Shown here: positions 61,495-64,000 of the stretch, piece by piece
Layout of the letters: the number at the start of each line of letters is the position of its first letter
Position numbering within the stretch: the first letter of the stretch is position 1
Assembly (NCBI GenBank): GCA_043817075.1
Contig: JBDRHG010000017.1
Span: forward strand, 16,492-80,491
Direction of reading: 5' to 3'
DNA length: 64,000 nt
Origin: an archaeon
GTDB lineage: Archaea > Nanobdellota > Nanobdellia > Woesearchaeales > JAADFO01
Position numbers and translations under genes: made by a program
The notes under the pieces: model-generated
The model's database searches: none
What the model saw: the letters and a program-made list of their open reading frames with translations, nothing else
What the model was told of the DNA's origin: nothing

Positions 61495-62247
61495 ATGAGG
61501 GATTTATCGATCGTGCAGCTTTGGGAAAGATGTCTTGACCGTATCTATCCAGGAGAGCAGAAGGTACGCTATACAGATGCGATCGGTGACCTCCTCAAGA
61601 AGGAAGGTTCAGTCAAGATCAGGGACGCCTCTTGCGGCACCGGCGAGCTCGCGCTCGGATTGCAGCGAAGAGGAATCGCCGTCTCATGCAGCGACTCTTC
61701 CAGACTCATGCTCGAGCAGTTCAAGACCAGGGCAGGTCCGATGGCCCAAGCCGAACGACTCCCCTGGAGCGATCTCGGAGAGAAATATGAAGCTGAGTTC
61801 GACGCGCTCCTCGTGCTCCGCAACTCTTTGCCATATGTCATCAGTTGGGGAAAACCGTCGGTCAATCCTGAGGCCGCCCGGCAGAATATCCGCACGGCCA
61901 TGCGCAATTTCTACAAGGCCCTCAAACCCGGAGGTTTCCTGCTCGTCGACACCCATCTCAAAAACGACGAGCATCGCGAGCTCGGCGAGGTCGATGTCGA
62001 TGGTGAGAAAGAACAATGGACATTGATAAGGAATATCGACAAGCGCAAGAAGATCATGAACTGGGGTTTCCATCGCAAGCATGCTGAGACCGGCGAGACC
62101 CGTCAGAACATATACCAAGGCTACCCTATTGATGCAGAGGAATTGACCTGGATGCTGCAGAACGTCGGCTTCAAGTGGCCAGAAGCCGTCAGGATCCCTG
62201 GAGAGAACAATTATCAGGTATTTTTGGCCAGGAAAGGTCGTATTTAG
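61495..62247 (+). CDS. class I SAM-dependent methyltransferase (glycine/sarcosine N-methyltransferase-like)
   Basis: DASCGTG motif I, SDSSRLML, FDALLVLRNSLPY, LKPGGFLLVD. Confidence 0.85.
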   Translation: MRDLSIVQLWERCLDRIYPGEQKVRYTDAIGDLLKKEGSVKIRDASCGTGELALGLQRRGIAVSCSDSSRLMLEQFKTRAGPMAQAERLPWSDLGEKYEAEFDALLVLRNSLPYVISWGKPSVNPEAARQNIRTAMRNFYKALKPGGFLLVDTHLKNDEHRELGEVDVDGEKEQWTLIRNIDKRKKIMNWGFHRKHAETGETRQNIYQGYPIDAEELTWMLQNVGFKWPEAVRIPGENNYQVFLARKGRI

Positions 62248-62307
62248 ATTATCACCTTTCCACCACCACAAACATTAAATGCCATACTCAGCTTCTCTCC
62301 ATTTTTG

Positions 62308-63390
62308 ATGAACCGTGTCGACGGAAAACTGGTGCTCGAGGATGGCACTGTATTCTCTGGTTTCTCCTTTGGCCATCCTTCCTCAAGGGCAGGAGAGGTC
62401 GTGTTCAACACCGGACTTGTCGGCTATCCGCAGACACTGACCGACCCTAGCTATCGCGGCCAGATTTTGGCGCTCACCTACCCGCTTGTCGGCAATTATG
62501 GCATCCCGAAGACCAAGGGCGGTCTCAAGGACCACTTCGAGAGCGGTGCCATCCACGTGTCAGGCCTCATCATACAGGACTATTCTGATCGGCATAGCCA
62601 TCATGAGGCGGTGCGTTCCCTCGGTGACTGGCTACGCGAGCATCGCATCCCTGCGCTCTGGGGGATCGACACGCGCGCCCTGACCAAGAAGCTCAGAGAA
62701 CGCGGAGTCATGCTCGGCAAGATCGTCATCGGAGACGACATCGAACTCTACGATCCGAACACCGCCAACCTTGTCGCCGAGGTGAGCCCTCGTCAGCAGC
62801 ACACGTACAAAGCAGGGCCGACCAGGGTCGTCCTCGTCGATTGCGGCGCGAAGAACAACATCATCCGCGAGTTCCTCAGCCGGGGCATCACCGTCATCAG
62901 GGTTCCGTTCGACCACCCCTTCGCCGACATCGAGGCGGATGGCATCATGGTGTCCAACGGACCCGGAGATCCCAAGATGTGCACTGGCACCATCGAGAAT
63001 CTCAGGAAGGCCATGGAGAAAGGCACCCCTATCATGGGCATCTGTCTAGGCAACCAACTTCTCGCGCTAGCGGCAGGAGCCGACACCTACAAGCTCAAGT
63101 ACGGACATCGCGGACAGAACCAGCCCTGCCTCATCAAGGGTACGATGCGATGCTTCATCACCAGCCAGAACCATGGCTTTGCCGTCGACGCGAAGACCCT
63201 GCCGAAAGGGTGGGAGGAATGGTTCGTCAACAACAACGACGGCACCAACGAAGGCATCAGGCACAAGACGAGGCCATTCGCGTCGGTGCAGTTCCATCCT
63301 GAGGCCGCGCCCGGTCCGGTGGACACGTCGTTCCTCTTCGACGATTTCCTGAAGACCATCGCGGAGACGAAGAGAGGTGACCGCAGATGA
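62308..63390 (+). CDS. carA: carbamoyl-phosphate synthase small subunit
   Basis: [48 protein letters not shown]. Confidence 0.97.
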   Translation: MNRVDGKLVLEDGTVFSGFSFGHPSSRAGEVVFNTGLVGYPQTLTDPSYRGQILALTYPLVGNYGIPKTKGGLKDHFESGAIHVSGLIIQDYSDRHSHHEAVRSLGDWLREHRIPALWGIDTRALTKKLRERGVMLGKIVIGDDIELYDPNTANLVAEVSPRQQHTYKAGPTRVVLVDCGAKNNIIREFLSRGITVIRVPFDHPFADIEADGIMVSNGPGDPKMCTGTIENLRKAMEKGTPIMGICLGNQLLALAAGADTYKLKYGHRGQNQPCLIKGTMRCFITSQNHGFAVDAKTLPKGWEEWFVNNNDGTNEGIRHKTRPFASVQFHPEAAPGPVDTSFLFDDFLKTIAETKRGDRR

Positions 63391-64000
63391 GCCCGAATAA
63401 AAAGTTGCCCAGAAGAGTCCTTGTGCTCGGGAGCGGCGCGCTGAAGATCGGGGAAGCGGGCGAGTTCGATTACTCAGGATCGCAATGCCTAAAGGCACTC
63501 CGCGAGGAAGGGATCAAGACCGTCCTCATCAATCCAAACATCGCCACCATCCAGACATCCAAGGAGGTGGCCGACCGCATCTATTTCCTGCCCGTCACCC
63601 CTGCCTTCGTCGAGAAGGTCATCGAAAAAGAACGTCCCGACGGCATCATGCTCGCTTTCGGCGGCCAGACCGCGCTCAACTGCGGGCTCGCCCTGCATAA
63701 GAGCGGCGTGCTCGAGAAGCACAAGGTCCGCATCCTCGGCACGCCGGCTGACACCATCGAGATGACCGAGGACAGGAAGCTCTTCGCAGAAGCGCTGCAT
63801 CGCATCGGGGTCAAGACGCCGGAGAGCGTCGCGGTGACCGACGCTGAAGCGGCATACGTCGCTGCCAAGAAACTCGGCTTCCCGGTGATGGTGCGAGCCG
63901 CCTTCGAGCTCGGCGGAAAGGGATCGGGCGTCGCCTTCACAAAAAAAGAGTTCGATCTCCTGGTCAACAAGGCATTCACGCACACCAATCAGCTGCTCAT
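63387..64000 (+). CDS. carB: carbamoyl-phosphate synthase large subunit, 5' part (runs off the window)
   Basis: Own translation from the ATG at 63387: [61 protein letters not shown]; ATGA overlap with carA. Confidence 0.96.
   Translation, partial: MSPNKKLPRRVLVLGSGALKIGEAGEFDYSGSQCLKALREEGIKTVLINPNIATIQTSKEVADRIYFLPVTPAFVEKVIEKERPDGIMLAFGGQTALNCGLALHKSGVLEKHKVRILGTPADTIEMTEDRKLFAEALHRIGVKTPESVAVTDAEAAYVAAKKLGFPVMVRAAFELGGKGSGVAFTKKEFDLLVNKAFTHTNQLL

Overview
Archaeal window, most consistent with a DPANN/Woesearchaeota-type genome. The evidence is TATA-box promoters, a BHB-intron tRNA without encoded CCA, many KRGQ/KRAQ class III signal-peptide genes and a duplicated Lrp/AsnC regulator. About 50 kb (0.5-50 kb) is one cell-surface locus made of two divergent gene clusters. 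The leftward cluster encodes what looks like a single RHS/YD-repeat shell cut into FIVE separately secreted polypeptides. Each has its own signal peptide, the RHS core gene is moved to the front, and its autoprotease DPxG motifs are degenerate. The rightward cluster encodes Cys-rich/CBM-like secreted proteins, a 6099-aa Ig-repeat membrane-anchored giant protein and five pilin-like genes. The same signal-peptide plus ~250-aa Cys-rich module sits at a domain break in both clusters, and two further domains also appear split between genes, suggesting a trans-assembled split-domain surface complex. A highly structured, IS200/IS605-end-like element lies between the two clusters. The last 14 kb are housekeeping: hppA, bacterial-type coaD/coaE, rpe, LOG, pyrE/F/I/B, tRNA-Leu(CAA) with intron, three similar coiled-coil genes, Lrp, a methyltransferase and carA/carB. 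All family assignments are by eye; no searches were run.
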